A DNA stretch of 64,000 nucleotides from Flaccisagitta enflata (Eukaryota): positions 25,358,001 through 25,422,000 of the forward strand of contig OZ231126.1 in assembly GCA_965153355.1 (NCBI GenBank), given 5' to 3'. The position numbers and the translations under genes are program-made. Positions 1 to 13,602 of the stretch are shown in pieces. The first letter of the stretch is position 1; every line of letters begins with the position of its first letter. A model generated the notes under the pieces. It searched no databases. It was given only the letters and a program-made list of their open reading frames with translations, and was not told the origin of the DNA.

Positions 1-365
1 ATTTTCTTTGTAAGGGATTGTTTTCTTTAATCCTATGCCATTTCTAAATGAATGAAGCTACAACGACCAACAACGTTGCAGAGCTTTCAATCGGTTATAT
101 ATTTTGAGTAGTCCAGACCCATAGTTAAACAGAAACTAGTAGAAGAAGTTGTCCATTTTTTTTCTACCAAGATAAGTTGACTTGATAAGGGTGTTTTCTT
201 TAAACTCCCGTAGCTCCCAAACCAAAAAACGCAAATACAAAAAATTGGTGACATAAAAAAACTGCACTTCAAGATCTATTCAGACCTTTTTTCAGAATTG
301 AAGTAGCTTTTCTTGGAGAAAAGTTATGTCGATTCTTAATCGGTCGATACGCGCGAAACACCCTG
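1..365. mobile_element. Right end of a Tc1/mariner-type non-autonomous element (left part outside window)
   Basis: Ends ...GAAACACCCTG followed by TA (366-367). Same CAGGGTGT terminus and an ATGTCGATTC subterminal motif as the complete MITE at 20680-20870. Left boundary not visible. Confidence 0.5.
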
Positions 366-499
366 TATTTGCGGAGATTCATGGGCATGTTTGAATATCA
401 ATCGGGATGACTTTGACAGGAAAAGACCTCTCATTAGGGGTTCTTTATGTTGGTGACGCTGGGGTGTCCTGCTGATGAGGGGCTCATCAGTTCCTGTAG

Positions 500-502
<3 letters not shown>

Positions 503-561
<59 letters not shown>

Positions 562-620
562 CAGACAGAGACAGAGAGACAGAAACAGAGACAGAGACAG
601 ACAGACAGAGGCAGAGGCAA
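503..620. repeat. (AG)n / AGAC-rich microsatellite
   Basis: Direct reading. One of many (AG/CT)n tracts (others near 1804, 2062, 16830, 26438, 27460, 40090, 41686, 48760, 50260, 52712, 56646, 58330, 58618, 60283, 62739). Confidence 0.95.
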
Positions 621-1801
621 GACATAGACAGAATCTGCATCATTGAGGCCAGTAATTGGGTGTCATAGGCCAGTATTTGGGTCTCAGAGGCCAGTATCTG
701 GGTCTCAAAGGCTTGAATCTGGGTCTTACAGGCAAGAATCTGATTTAAACGAGACAAGGATCTCAGACCATGATTCAGGTTTTTTGACTAAGATTTGGGC
801 CCCTCTGAAAGAATATCAAATGGTACATTTCTCATAACTCTGCTGTCGATCGTACGATCGTATTCAACCTCTGTCTGAACCAAACCCCTTGTCCCGCTCT
901 CTCGATTACTTACTTGCTCCTCCATGAAATGTTTCATTCACTTACAGATTTAAATTTTTGAATACAGGTTTGTTTTCGTTGTCTTTTTGTGTGGTGTTTA
1001 GGAATGTAAATTGATCGAAACAATTTCCATTGCCAAAGGTCCCTTGAACAGTCACATACCGCGTCATGTTTTCTCCTTTTATTGGGTGGGGGGGGGGGAA
1101 CCGCCATCGAATTGATTCAGCCATGTAATCGATCCGACTCCCTTCATAGATTCACGCTGAACCCATGAATTGTAGCACAATGTAAACTATTTTCCCAACA
1201 TTTGATACACAGATATCCCCTACTCCCAGAATCCCTGCTTTGGTATTTGCAGAAAGACAAAACATTTGTAACAGCTCCCAACCCCCAGTAGTCTCAATAA
1301 CCATCCTTAACTCATCCGCGAGCCGTTGACATCCCCACCACCCCCTCATTCAATTATCCACTGCATGTTTCTCAATTGCCTCCCTAACCATCTCATACCC
1401 CCCCCCCCCCTTCCCTTCCCGCCCCATCCGAAGTATCGCAAATCCCTCGGCAATCTCTTCGACCGTCACGTATCCTACTCTTTACTCGGTCAGCGAATAG
1501 TAAAGTTCATCTGTCACTCTCACTCCTGAGACCGATACGTCAATGACCGTCACTGAATTCCTTTCTTAGCCCAACTGTCCGGTTTTTTGTTACTGTTTTT
1601 TCTGTTGAAAATATGTGTTCAGTGGCTATTCCTTTTTCCAACTCAGTAGTAAGAAGTATAGAGGGGAATTACTGACATTCTTATTTGCATCTGAATACTT
1701 GTCTTCCTGTGTGTTGCTTCTGAAAGCTTGTCTTCTTAGGTATAAGTCCGGTGTGTATCGCTTCCCGTGACGATTTATCAATTAGTCAATTTGTCTGTCT
1801 G

Positions 1802-1851
<50 letters not shown>

Positions 1852-2058
1852 CTTTTTCTCATTCTCAATTTCAGGCAAAGTTCATCCCCAATCACTTGAA
1901 AATCGACCAGACGCGATTGTTCTCTCTTTCTCTCTCTCTCTCTCGTAATCAGTCGGTCAGACGATTCGTCCGTCAGACATCCAGGTATTCAGACTTCTTT
2001 CTCATCTTCCTCTCCTCCTCTTACTCCTCCTCCTCCTGTCCCCCTCCTCATCGGTTGA

Positions 2059-2116
<58 letters not shown>

Positions 2117-3379
2117 TCCTATTCAATATTTAGAAAGACTGGCTAGATAGCTCTTCCTCCTACCATTGAATTTTAATGGTATCAATCCTCGTCATTAGCC
2201 CTCCAGTGAACCGTGGCCAGTCCTTCGCTCCTCCCCCTTCCACTCCATCATGATCTGTCACACTCGCGTCATTCGACGTTGGTCCTGCTGCGACCGCCGC
2301 GGAGACGGGCAACGAGCGCCTCCCACTTTAGCACTGTAACAGTCATCTGCAACCACAACCATCCCCAACCACCACCATCCCCAATCCCTAACCACGACCA
2401 CCTCTTCATTCCTCTCGTCGAACCACTCCCCATTGCCATTCTTTTTTGAGCATCCCCATCCCCCACTCTCATATGTCTTAATTTCTAGCTTCTTTCACTT
2501 TCCGTCGCCCCTCTACCAATCTTCCGCGACGACATGTCTCCATCCTCTGTAGCTATTCCTAATTCCTCTCCCACTTCATTTCTCGTCTCTAGTCTCTAGT
2601 CTTCCTCGCCCCATTCCAACTCCCCCTCAGAAACATATCTCTATTCCTCTTCACATTTCCCCCTACTCCCCTAAATCACTCTCTCGCCCACCCCCACTCC
2701 TCTTCAACTACACGTCTTTATTCTCTGTTAGTGTGTCACTTTCCCTCTCTACGTCCCCTTCTAACGTGCCCCACTCTTACTTGCCCTTTCCCCATTCCTC
2801 TTCAACGATGTGTCTCTAGCCCCTGTCATCCCAACTTGCCCCTCCCCCACTTGGCCACTCCTCTTCAACGACACGTCTCTACCCCCTGTCACTGACGCTA
2901 CTCAAAATGGCCAGACGAATGACCGATCGATGACCACCGTATCAGCCAAATACTCTTGAGAACACAAACTCTCTCTCTCTCTCTCTCTCTATTGCCTGTC
3001 TGTCTCTATCTTTTGTTTTTATCTTTCTATCCCCATGTGTTTACTCTCTGTCTGCGTCTGTCAGACTACGTGCGTTTAACTTTTGCATCCTACGCTCTGC
3101 CCTTAGCCTTATCTCTTTTCTGCTGGCTAATCTTTCCCGTCTGTCTGTCTCTTTGTTTGTCAATTCGAATCGGTCAAATTTTAAGACCAATGATTCGCTC
3201 GCGTTTATGTTTATCTAACTTTCGTTTTGTTCTACAAATAATCACTCTCCAAGCTTGTTAATTTGTTGGTCAGTTGAATTTCTCAACTTTTTTTTTCTTT
3301 TTGTCAAATATTTTTGACTATAAGTATTGAACTAGTTTTACTTGCTAGCTTTCATATCGAATAACGATCTTAAACTACC

Positions 3380-4038
3380 TTTTGCGCAGCGGCCCCGAAT
3401 AGGTCGATGACCTATGCTTTCACACATATGGGGAATTTTCTCCTCCTCCTCCGTCCGTCCCCCCCATACTCAAATTCTAGCCTTGAGGCCCAAATCTCAG
3501 CCCCAAAGCCCAAATACCAACCTCGAGGCAAAAATCCCAGTCTTGAGGCCCAAATCCCAGACCCAAGGCCCAAATCCCAACCTTGAGGCCAAAATCCCAG
3601 CCTCAAGGCCCTAACCCAGCCCTGAGGCCCAAATGTCATCCTCAAGTCCCAAATTCCAGCCACGAGGTCCAAATCCCAGCCTCAAGGCCCAAATCCCAGC
3701 CTTGCGGCCTAAATCCCAGCCTCAAGGCCCAACCCCTCGCCTTGAGGCCCAAATCCCAGCCTTTAAGCCTAAATCCTAACCTTGATGCCCAAATCCTAGT
3801 CTTTATGCCCAAATCCCAGACTCAAGCTTCAAGGCTTAAATCTGGACATGAGGCTCGAATCTTTACCCAAAGGACCAAATCTCAATTGCTAGGAGAAGGA
3901 GAAAATTCCCCATATGTGTGAAAGCATAGGTCATCGACCCCTTCTGGGCCGCTGCCCTGCTCCCTCCTCTAACATCAAGCAAAACCTACTTAGGCAGGGT
4001 ACGGGTACAGCTGACCATCTTACGCTTTTGCGACTATT
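3380..4038 (+). mobile_element. Helentron/HINE-like non-autonomous element, family B
   Basis: Starts in a T run with GCAGCGGCCCCGAA..GGTCGATGACCTATGCTTTCACACATATGGGGAATTTTCTCC, whose inverted copy lies at ~3897-3956. Internal ~21-bp AAATCCCAGCCTTGAGGCCC tandem array. Ends in a T run with no TSD. Confidence 0.7.
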
Positions 4039-4199
4039 TTCATTTTAATATCAGGATTAGGCTAACGGATCATATGTAGGTTTAGTTTAAGAAGTAGGCC
4101 ATCATACGTTGGTTAAGACCACTGCGACTTTTGCAAATTTGACCATTGGGTACTGACTATTTTTTTAAGGTTACTTTTCACAGGTTTTAATCCAGAAAT

Positions 4200-4716
4200 G
4201 GACTATCAGTATCACATACTGACCATGAGATTCTGGCGTCTCTCACATGCTTGGCCTTCGAAGTTTGGCTATCACAGATTAGCTTTCATGGGTTTACTCT
4301 CACAAATGGGCTGTTATAGGTCGGCCATAAGTCCATAACCCCTGCGACACGTTTGGCCGTAGAGGTTTGCTACCATGGATTATCTATCACATCTATCACA
4401 AATGGGCTTTCATAGGTTGGACATGACGCCTGCGTTTCTAACGAGCTTGGCCATTGAAGTTCGGATATCACAAATAAGCTTTCATAGGTTTACCATCACA
4501 CTTGGGCTATCATAGATCGGCAATGACCCCTGCAACTCTTTCACGTTTGGCCATCAAAGTTAGGTTATCACAGATTAGCTTTCATAGGTTTACTATCACA
4601 CATGGGCTATCATAGATTGGCCATGACCCCTGCAACTCTTACACGTTTGGCCATCGAGGTTTGGCTATCACAGATTAGCTTTCATTGGTTTACTATCACA
4701 AATGGGCTCTTATAGG
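4200..4716 (+). repeat. 100-bp minisatellite, left part
   Basis: TATCACAGATTAGCTTTCATAGGTTTACTATCACACATGGGC... recurs with a 100-bp period (4566, 4666). Resumes in the same orientation at 39522. Confidence 0.9.
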
Positions 4717-5092
4717 TAAGGCCTTGCGTATGGCGTTTTTTTCCACAGTTTCGGATCGGGTTTGGAATACCTCAAAACCTTTGTTCGGGTTTATGACGGG
4801 TTTATATCGTTTTTTTAGTATATATAGTAACAAAAAGATGTTTGGTCATTTGCTAAAGAGAAAAAAAATGAACGAAAGAAAACAGAGAAAAAGAGAGAAA
4901 AAAAAAGAAAAAAGAAAAAGAAAGAAAATTTAGAAAAAAAGGAAAAAAATAAACACGCACACAAACACACAGATATGGACACTCTGAGCAAAAAATCTGA
5001 GAGAGAGAGAGGGAGAGGGAGAGGGAGAGGGAGAGGGAGAGAGAGAGAGAAAGAGAAAGAGAAAGAGAGAAAGAAAGAGAGCGAAACACACA

Positions 5093-5167
<75 letters not shown>

Positions 5168-5215
5168 TCACACATAAAATCGTCAGAAAGATGAGAAAAA
5201 ATACAAAAATAATTT

Positions 5216-8200
5216 GGAATAGGTATTGCCGCTCTCCCTGGTCTCCGCCCTCCCTCTCATGAAACCTTCCTTCACAGAACAAGTTGCTAATTTCTGTTCT
5301 GTAGCACTCCCTACAAGGTCCCGCACTCCCTTTTTGAAGGTCGGGGTTAAACTGACTGAATTACTGTGAGCACTCCCTTCTACAAGCCGCACTCCCTCTT
5401 ATGGCATCAGTTGATAAAGCTTTTGTTGCTGTCAGCACTCCCCTGCCAATCCCGCCCTCCCTTTTGTCAGATTAGTCTGTTATTGACTTTTTTCCATTGC
5501 TGCTAGCACTCCCTTTTACTTCCCGCACTCCCTCTCATGCATGAAGGTTGTATCTAATTTTGTTGCTGTCAGCACTCCCCTGCCAATCCCGCCCTCCCTT
5601 TTGTCAGATCAGTCTGATATCAACTTTTTTCCATTGCTGCTAGCACTCCCTTTTACTTCCCGCACTCCCTCTCATGAATGAAGGTTGATCCTAATTTTGT
5701 TGCTGTCAGCACTCCCCTGCCTATCCCGCCCTCCCTTTTGTAAGACAAGTCTGATATCAACTTTTTTCCATTGCTGCTAGCACTCCCTTTTACTTCCCGC
5801 ACTCCCTCTCATGAATGAAGGTTGATCCTAATTTTGTTGCTGTCAGCACTCCCCTGCCCATCCCGCCCTCCCTTTTGTCAGATCAGTCTGATATCGACTT
5901 TTTTCCATTGCTGCTAGCACTCCCTTTTACTTCCCGCACTCCCTCTCATGAATGAAGGTTGATTTTACTTTGGTTGCTGTCAGCACTCCCCTGCCAATCC
6001 CGCCCTCCCTTTTGTCAGATCAGTCTGATATCGACTTTTTTCCATTGCTGCTAGCACTCCCTTTTACTTCCCGCACTCCCCCTCATGAATGAAGGTTGAT
6101 CCTGATTTTGTTGCTGTCAGCACTCCCCTGCCAATCCCGCCCTCCCTTTTGTCAGATCAGTCTGATATCAACTTTTTTCCATTGCTGCTAGCACTCCCTT
6201 TTACTTCCCGCACTCCCTCTCATGAATGAAGGTTGATTTACTTTGGTTGCTGTCAGCACTCCCCTGCCAATCCCGCCCTCCCTTTTGTCAGATCAGTCTG
6301 TTATTGACTTTTTTCCATTGCTGCTAGCACTCCCTTTTACTTCCCGCACTCCCTCTCATGCATGAAGGTTGTATCTTATTTTGTTGCTGTCAGCACTCCC
6401 CTGCCAATCCCGCCCTCCCTTTTGTCAGATCAGTCTGATATCAACTTTTTTCCATTGCTGCTAGCACTCCCTTTTACTTCCCGCACTCCCTCTCATGAAT
6501 GAAGGTTGATTTACTTTGGTTGCTGTCAGCACTCCCCTGCCAATCCCACCCTCCCTTTTGTCAGAACAGTCTGTTATTGACTTTATTCCATTGCTGCTAG
6601 CACCCTTTACTTCCGCACTCCCTCTCATGCATTAAGGTTATATCTAATTTTTTTGCTGTCAGCACTCCCTGCCAATCCCGCCCTCCCTTTTGTCAGATCA
6701 GTCTGATATCAGTGTTTCCCATTGCTGCTAGCACTCCCTTTTACTTACCTCTCATGAATGAGGTTGATTTACTTTGGTTGCTGTCACACTCCCCTGCCAA
6801 TCCCGCCCTTTTTGTCAGATCAGTCTGTTATTGACTTTATTCTATTGCTGCTAGCACTCCCTTTTACTTCCCGCACTCCCTCTCATGCATGAAGGTTGTA
6901 TCTAATTTTGTTGCTGTCAGCACTCCCCTGCCAATCCCGCCCTCCCTTTTGTCAGATCAGTCTGATATCAACTTTTTCCCATTGCTGCTAGCACTCCCTT
7001 TTACTTCCCACACTCCCTCTCATGAATGAAGGTTGATCCTAATTTTGTTGCTGTCAACACTCCCCTGCCTATCCCGCCCTCCCTTTTGTAAGACAAGTCT
7101 GATATCATATTTTTCCCATCGCTGCTAGCACTCCCATTTCCTTTCCGCACTCCCTCTCATGAATGAAGGTTGATCCTAATTTTGTTGCTGTCAGCACTCC
7201 CCTGCCTATCCCGCCCTCCCTTTTGTAAGACAAGTCTGATATCAAATTTTTTCCATTGCTGCTAGCACTCCCCTTTACTTCCCGCACTCCCTCTCATGCA
7301 TGAAGGTTGTATCTAATTTTGTTGCTGTCAGCACTCCCCTGCCAATCCCGCCCTCCCTTTTGTCAGATCAGTCTGATATCAACTTTTTCCCTTTGCTGCT
7401 AGCACTCCCTTTTACTTCCCGCACTCCCTCTCATGAATGAAGGTTGATCCTAATTTTGTTGCTGTCAGCACACCCCTGCCTATCCCGCCCTCCCTTTTGT
7501 AAGACAAGTCTGATATCAACTTTTTTCCATTGCTGCTAGCACTCCCTTTTACTTCCCGCACTCCCTCTCATGAATGAAGGTTGATTTACTTTGGTTGCTG
7601 TCAGCACTCCCCTGCCAATCCCGCCCTCCCTTTTGTCAGATCAGTCTGTTATTGACTTTATTCCATTGCTGCTAGCACTCCCTTTTACTTCCCGCACTCC
7701 CTCTCATGCATTAAGGTTGTATCTAATTTTTTTGCTGTCAGCACTCCCCTGCCAATCCCGCCCTCCCTTTTGTCAGATCAGTCTGATATCACTTTTTCCC
7801 ATTGCTGCTAGCACTCCCTTTTACTTCCCGCACTCCCTCTCATGAATGAAGGTTGATTTACTTTGGTTGCTGTCAGCACTCCCCTGCCAATCCCGCCCTC
7901 CCTTTTGTCAGATCAGTCTGTTATTGACTTTATTCCATTGCTGCTAGCACTCCCTTTTACTTCCCGCACTCCCTCTCATGCATGAAGGTTGTATCTAATT
8001 TTGTTGCTGTCAGCACTCCCCTGCCAATCCCGCCCTCCCTTTTGTCAGATCAGTCTGATATCAACTTTTTCCCATTGCTGCTAGCACTCCCTTTTACTTC
8101 CCGCACTCCCTCTCATGAATGAAGGTTGATCCTAATTTTGTTGCTGTCAGCACTCCCCTGCCAATCCCGCCCTCCCTTTTGTCAGATCAGTCTGATATTA

Positions 8201-11200
8201 ACTTTTTTTCATTGCTGCTAGCACTCCCTTTTACTTCCCGCACTCCCTCTCATGAATGAAGGTTGATCCTGATTTTGTTGCTGTCAGCACTCCCCTGCCA
8301 ATCCCGCCCTCCCTTATGTCAGATCAGTCTGATATCAACTTTTTTCCATTGCTGCTAGCACTCCCTTTTACTTCCCGCACTCCCTCTCATGAATGAAGGT
8401 TGATCCTAATTTTGTTGCTGTCAGCACTCCCCTGCTAATCCCGCCCTCCCTTTTGTCAGATCAGTCTGATATCGACTTTTTTCCATTGCTGCTAGCACTC
8501 CCTTTTACTTCCCGCACTCCCTCTCATGAATGAAGGTTGATTTTACTTTTGTTGCTGTCAGCACTCCCCTGCCAATCCCGCCCTCCCTTTTGTCAGATCA
8601 GTCTGTTATTGACTTTTTTCCATTGCTGCTAGCACTCCCTTTTACTTCCCGCACTCCCTCTCATGAATGAAGGTTGATCCTAATTTTGTTGCTGTCAGCA
8701 CTCCCCTGCCAATCCCGCCCTCCCTTTTGTCAGATCAGTCTGATATCGACTTTTTTCCATTGCTGCTAGCACTCCCTTTTACTTCCCGCACTCCCTCTCA
8801 TGAATGAAGGTTGATTTTACTTTTGTTGCTGTCAGCACTCCCCTGCCAATCCCGCCCTCCCTTTTGTCAGATCAGTCAGTTATTGACTTTTTTCCATTGC
8901 TGCTAGCACTCCCTTTTACTTCCCGCACTCCCTCTCATGAATGAAGGTTGATTCTAATTTTGTTGCTGTCAGCACTCCCCTGCCAATCCCGCCCTCCCTT
9001 TTGTCAGATCAGTCTGTTATTGACTTTTTTCCATTGCTGCTAGCACTCCCTTTTACTTCCCGCACTCCCTCTCATGAATAAAGGTTGATTAAAATTCTTT
9101 TGCTGTCAGCACTCCCCTGCCAATCCCGCCCTCCCTTTTGTCAGATCAGTCTGATATTGACTTTTTGGGCAGCGGCCCCGAAGGTGATGATGTCCTGTAG
9201 AACACAGGGGGACTTTCGTTTGTTCGTTCGTCCGTGCGTCCCCCCCGCCTCGAGGCTCAAATGCTGGCCTCAAGGTCCAAATCCCACCCTCAAGGCTCAA
9301 GTCCCACCCTCAGAAAGCTCAAATCCCAGCCTTGAGGCTCAAATCCCAGCCTCCAGGCTCAAATCATAGCCTCCAGGCTCTAATCCCAGCCTCCAGGCTC
9401 CAATCCCAGCCTCCAGGCTCCAATCCCAGCCTCCAGGCTCCAATCCCAGCCTCCAGGCTCCAATCCCAGCCTCCAGGCTCCAATTCCAGCCTCCAGGCTC
9501 CAATCCCAGCCTCCAGGCTCCAATCCCGGCCTCCAGGCTCCAATCCCAGCCTCCAGGCTCAAATCAAGGCCTCCAGGCTCAAATCCCGGCCTCCAGGCTC
9601 AAATCCCAGCTTCCAGGCTCAAATCCCAGCTTCCAGGCTCAAATCCCAGCATCGAGGCCAGCACGCATGGATGGACGGACGAACAAAAGTCCCCCTGTGT
9701 TCTGCAGGACATCGTCCCCTTCGGGGCCGCTGCCTTGCTACCCATCACCTACAATAACCAACATACGAAGCAGGGCAACGGGTATCGCTGACCACATATT
9801 GCCCTTGGGCGACTGGTTTCCATTGCTGCTAGCACTCCCTTTTACTTCCCGCACTCCCTCTCATGAATGAAGGTTGATCCTTTTTTTGTTGCTGTCAGCA
9901 CTTTCCTGCCAATCCCGCCCTCCCTTTTGTCAGATCAGTCTGATATCGACTTTTTTCCATCGCTGCTAGCACTCCCTTTTACTTCCCGCACTCCCTCTCA
10001 TGAATGAAGGTTGATCCTGATTTTGTTGCTGTCAGCACTCCCCTGCAAATCCCGCCCTCCCTTTTGTCAGATCAGTCTGATATCAACTTTTTTCCATTGC
10101 TGCTAGCACTCCCTTTTACTTCCCGCACTCCCTCTCATGAATGAAGGTTGATCCTAATTTTGTTGCTGTCAGCACTCCCCTGCTAATCCCGCCCTCCCTT
10201 TTGTCAGATCAGTCTGATATTGACTTTTTTCCATTGCTGCTAGCACTCCCTTTTACTTCCCGCACTCCCTCTCATGAATGAAGGTTGATTTTACTTTTGT
10301 TGCTGTCAGCACTCCCCTGCCAATCCCGCCCTCCCTTTTGTCAGATCAGTCTGTTATTGACTTTTTTCCATTGCTGCTAGCACTCCCTTTTACTTCCCGC
10401 ACTCCCTCTCATGAATGAAGGTTGATTCTAATTTTGTTGCTGTCAGCACTCCCCTGCCAATCCCGCCCTCCCTTTTGTCAGATCAGTCTGTTATTGACTT
10501 TTTTCCATTGCTGCTAGCACTCCCTTTTACTTCCCGCACTCCCTCTCATGAATGAAGGTTGATTCTAATTCTGTTGCTGTCAGCACTCCCCTGCCAATCC
10601 CGCCCTCCCTTTTGTCAGATCAGTCTGATATCGACTTTTTTCCATTGCTGCTAGCACTCCCTTTTACTTCCCGCACTCCATCTAATGAATGAAGGTAAAT
10701 CCTGATTTTGTTGCTGTCAGCACTCCCCTGCCAATCCCGCCCTCCTTTTTGTAAGATCAGTCTGTTATTGACTTTTTTCTATTGCTGGTAGCACTCCCTT
10801 TTACTTCCCGCACTCCCTCTCATGAATAAAGGTTGATTCTAATTCTGTTGCTGTCAGCACTCCCCTGCCAATCCCGCCCTCCCTTTTGTCAGATCAGTCT
10901 GTTATTGACTTTTTTCCATTGCTGCTAGCACTCCCTTTTACTTCCCGCACTCCCTCTCATGAATAAAGGTTGATTCTAATTCTGTTGCTGTCAGCACTCC
11001 CCTGCCAATCCCGCCCTCCCTTTTGTCAGATCAGTCTGATATTGACTTTTTTCCATTGCTGCTAGCACTCCCTTTTACTTCCCGCACTCCCTCTCATGAA
11101 TGAAGGTTGATCCTGATTTTGTTGCTGTCAGCACTCCCCTGCCAATCCCGCCCTCCCTTTTGTCAGATCAGTCTGTTATTGACTTTTTTCCATTGCTGCT

Positions 11201-11427
11201 AGCACTCCCTTTTACTTCCCGCACTCCCTCTCATGAATAAAGGTTGATTCTAATTCTGTTGCTGTCAGCACTCCCCTGCCAATCCCGCCCTCCCTTTTGT
11301 CAGATCAGTCTGATATTGACTTTTTTCCATTGCTGCTAGCACTCCCTTTTACTTCCCGCACTCCCTCTCATGAATGAAGGTTGATCCTGATTTTGTTGCT
11401 GCCAGCACTCCCCTGCTAATCCCGCCC
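5216..11427 (+). repeat. Left arm: tandem array of a 137-bp unit (roughly 39 units)
   Basis: CCATTGCTGCTAGCACTCCC recurs at 5494, 5631, 5768 (137-bp period). Interrupted at 9162-9817 by a HINE. Confidence 0.95.
9162..9817 (+). mobile_element. Helentron/HINE-like element, family B, inserted in the satellite T run
   Basis: GACTTTT|TGGGCAGCGGCCCCGAAGG ... CCTTCGGGGCCGCTGCC ... GGGCGACTGG|TTTCCATTG. Internal 20-bp AATCCCAGCCTCCAGGCTCC array, no TSD, satellite resumes in register. Confidence 0.85.
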
Positions 11428-11580
11428 AAACATCAAACATGCTTTAATGTGTGTCTGGCCTATTTCTTTACCACTTCCAAACGATGCTTGTTTTGTAGGC
11501 ATAAGTCACGCCGCATGAAGTTATTTGGTTGGTCTATCAGCATTTTTTTCTTTCCAAAAAATTTCTACAAATTCAGGTAT

Positions 11581-12557
11581 AACAATGGCAAAAAAAAAAA
11601 AAAACCGGACACCTACTTCTTTTGCTCATAAATCCTTTGAAAATTCACCCAGTGTGCTGAAATTCTTACTGAAGTTACCTTTTAGTATCATAAAGCATCA
11701 CTGAAAAAATCAATGACCTGCTCCAAATAGTTTGAGAATTATAGATTTTTTAAAAGTGCTTGTCAGATGATCAGAAATTCAATCTGCACACATAAGAATT
11801 TACAAAAAGAGAATAAACAAACTTTAAAAAAACATACTAAATCTAGTCCGATTTTGTTGAACTTTGAAGTGGAAGTAGACCACATTGTTAGCAGGCTGTG
11901 GTAAAAATTTTACTACGAAACTCCAATTATTTTAGCAGAAACAGCAAGTTTTCCTAAACTTTTTTTTACGGTTTTAAGAATGAAGTAAATGAAGATGAAA
12001 TCCAAAATATAAATCGATGCAATAGCCGTAGTTTTTAACCAATTATCATGATTTTTTAACTGGTAACTTTTGTACATATGGTTCATCTCCAGTAAAATTT
12101 TGGTAAAGATTGAAGCATTTTTAGACCCCCGAATTGCAAAAATATTTTTACAGGTGGCTAAATATTCTTTATCCTGAGCAAGCTTACAATCAACCAATAT
12201 CTACCCCACTAGACTTTATCTGAGTAGAAGCAAATTTTGCCTAGTATCAGTAAATAACACCATCAGACTACAGTTCAAAAATCATAACAAAACTCCCAAT
12301 ACTTTTTGCACAATGTCAATTTTACTAAAAATGGAATTATTTTGATGAAGGATAGATGTCATCTCTGGCAGTCAAAAAAGGAGTGACTTCAGTAAAAACG
12401 TGATTACGGCTGAAGCATTCAACAGATTTTGATGAAATTTGAACCACACATAGTCCAAATCATGGTTACTATTCACTGTAAATTTTATGCAAATTGGTCA
12501 ACATCTTCATATGTTTTTGCTCTCAAAATTTGTCCGGTTTTTTTTTTTGCCATTGTG
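11581..12557. mobile_element. Transib-like MITE
   Basis: TIR (C)ACAATGGCA(n)CCGGACA at 11581-11611 / TGTCCGGT(n)GCCATTGTG at 12531-12557. CACAATG-type terminus. TSD only partly preserved (ATAA left, ATAAT right). Confidence 0.65.
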
Positions 12558-12799
12558 ATAATGCACCAATGCAAGAGTAGTGCTACTTAACTGTCTTGTA
12601 AACTTTGGCCATGTTTAAAAAAGAGGAATTCATTTCTTTTCCTGTTATCTAAGCTGCTGCCCTTTTCAGAATCATTTACCCCGACAAAGCAAGGATTCAC
12701 GTTCGATGAACCTCCGTAAGAGAACATATACAACAGGGTTGCCAACGAAAGCAGAACAGTTACTGCACAAGATAATTATATATGTAAACCCTTCATTCT

Positions 12800-13378
12800 T
12801 TTTAGTCGCGTGCTACGCGACTCTACACCCCGCTTTGTCCGTCGGTTGGTCGGTCGGTTGGTCGGTTGGTCGGTTGGTCACACTTTACTTTTTTTATTCA
12901 TTTTATTCCTACTAGCTTATTTTAAGTCAAATAGGTCATTTAAAGTCAAATTAGATCATTTTAAGTCATTTTAAGTCAGTTTAAGTCAATTTAAGTCATT
13001 TCAATTATTTTAATAGTTTTCATCATTTTAGTGATTTTAGGTCTGTTTAAGTCAATTTAGGTCAGTTGAATAAAATTTCAGTAAATCTAGGTCAATTTAA
13101 GTCATTTTAAGTCATTTTTTGTCAATTTAAGTCATTTAAAGTCATTTTATATCAATTTAAATCAATTTAAGTTATTTTAGTCACTAAATCATTTTAGTCA
13201 TTTTAGGTCAATTCAAGTCAAATTAGGGCATTTTAAGTCATTGTAGGTCGTTTTGAATTATTTTAAGTCATGTTATATAAATTAAATTCAATAAAAGTCA
13301 TTTTAGTTATGTAGTTATGTAATTAAGTAATTACATATTTAAGTCTCGCACGTGACTTATAGGTGTTGGCCTTGTTTA
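12800..13378 (+). mobile_element. HINE/DINE-1-like element, family A, with internal AT-rich ~10-bp TTAAGTCATT array
   Basis: 5' TTTTAGTCGCGTGCTACGCGACTCTACACCCCGCTTTGTC + (GGTY)n microsatellite. 3' GCACGTGACT...GGCCTTGTT. T-run flanks. Confidence 0.75.
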
Positions 13379-13602
13379 AATATAATTTGAAAATTTTTGG
13401 GAGGAAGGAAAGGGGAGGCAAGGTTTGTAATTTTTTGTTTACTACATCACAAGGATTATCGCTTGTTCTGTAGTACAAAATGAGGGTATCCTTATATTAC
13501 TTGCACATATCCAACAGACTGTTAAACCTTAAATTTATCTGCTTGTCCAGGCATCATTCTTTTTATAGTATTCTATACAATAAAAACAACAATTATTGAC
13601 AA

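Noticed and set aside
472-490. Hairpin CTGATGAG-GGG-CTCATCAG before (AG)n
   Set aside because: A single 8-bp stem with no second copy or other support in the window.
6590-6840. Cluster of small deletions in satellite units
   Set aside because: Mostly homopolymer shortening, more likely local consensus error than biology.
5420-11427. CRISPR-like array (conserved blocks with variable linkers)
   Set aside because: The linkers are variants of one consensus rather than unique spacers, there are no cas genes, and the context is eukaryotic.
12669-12781. Exon-like relics at 12669-12781, 16660-16826, 31785-31887, 51110-51294 and 52810-52992
   Set aside because: Short frames, some with stops. They could not be joined into a gene model or matched to a family.
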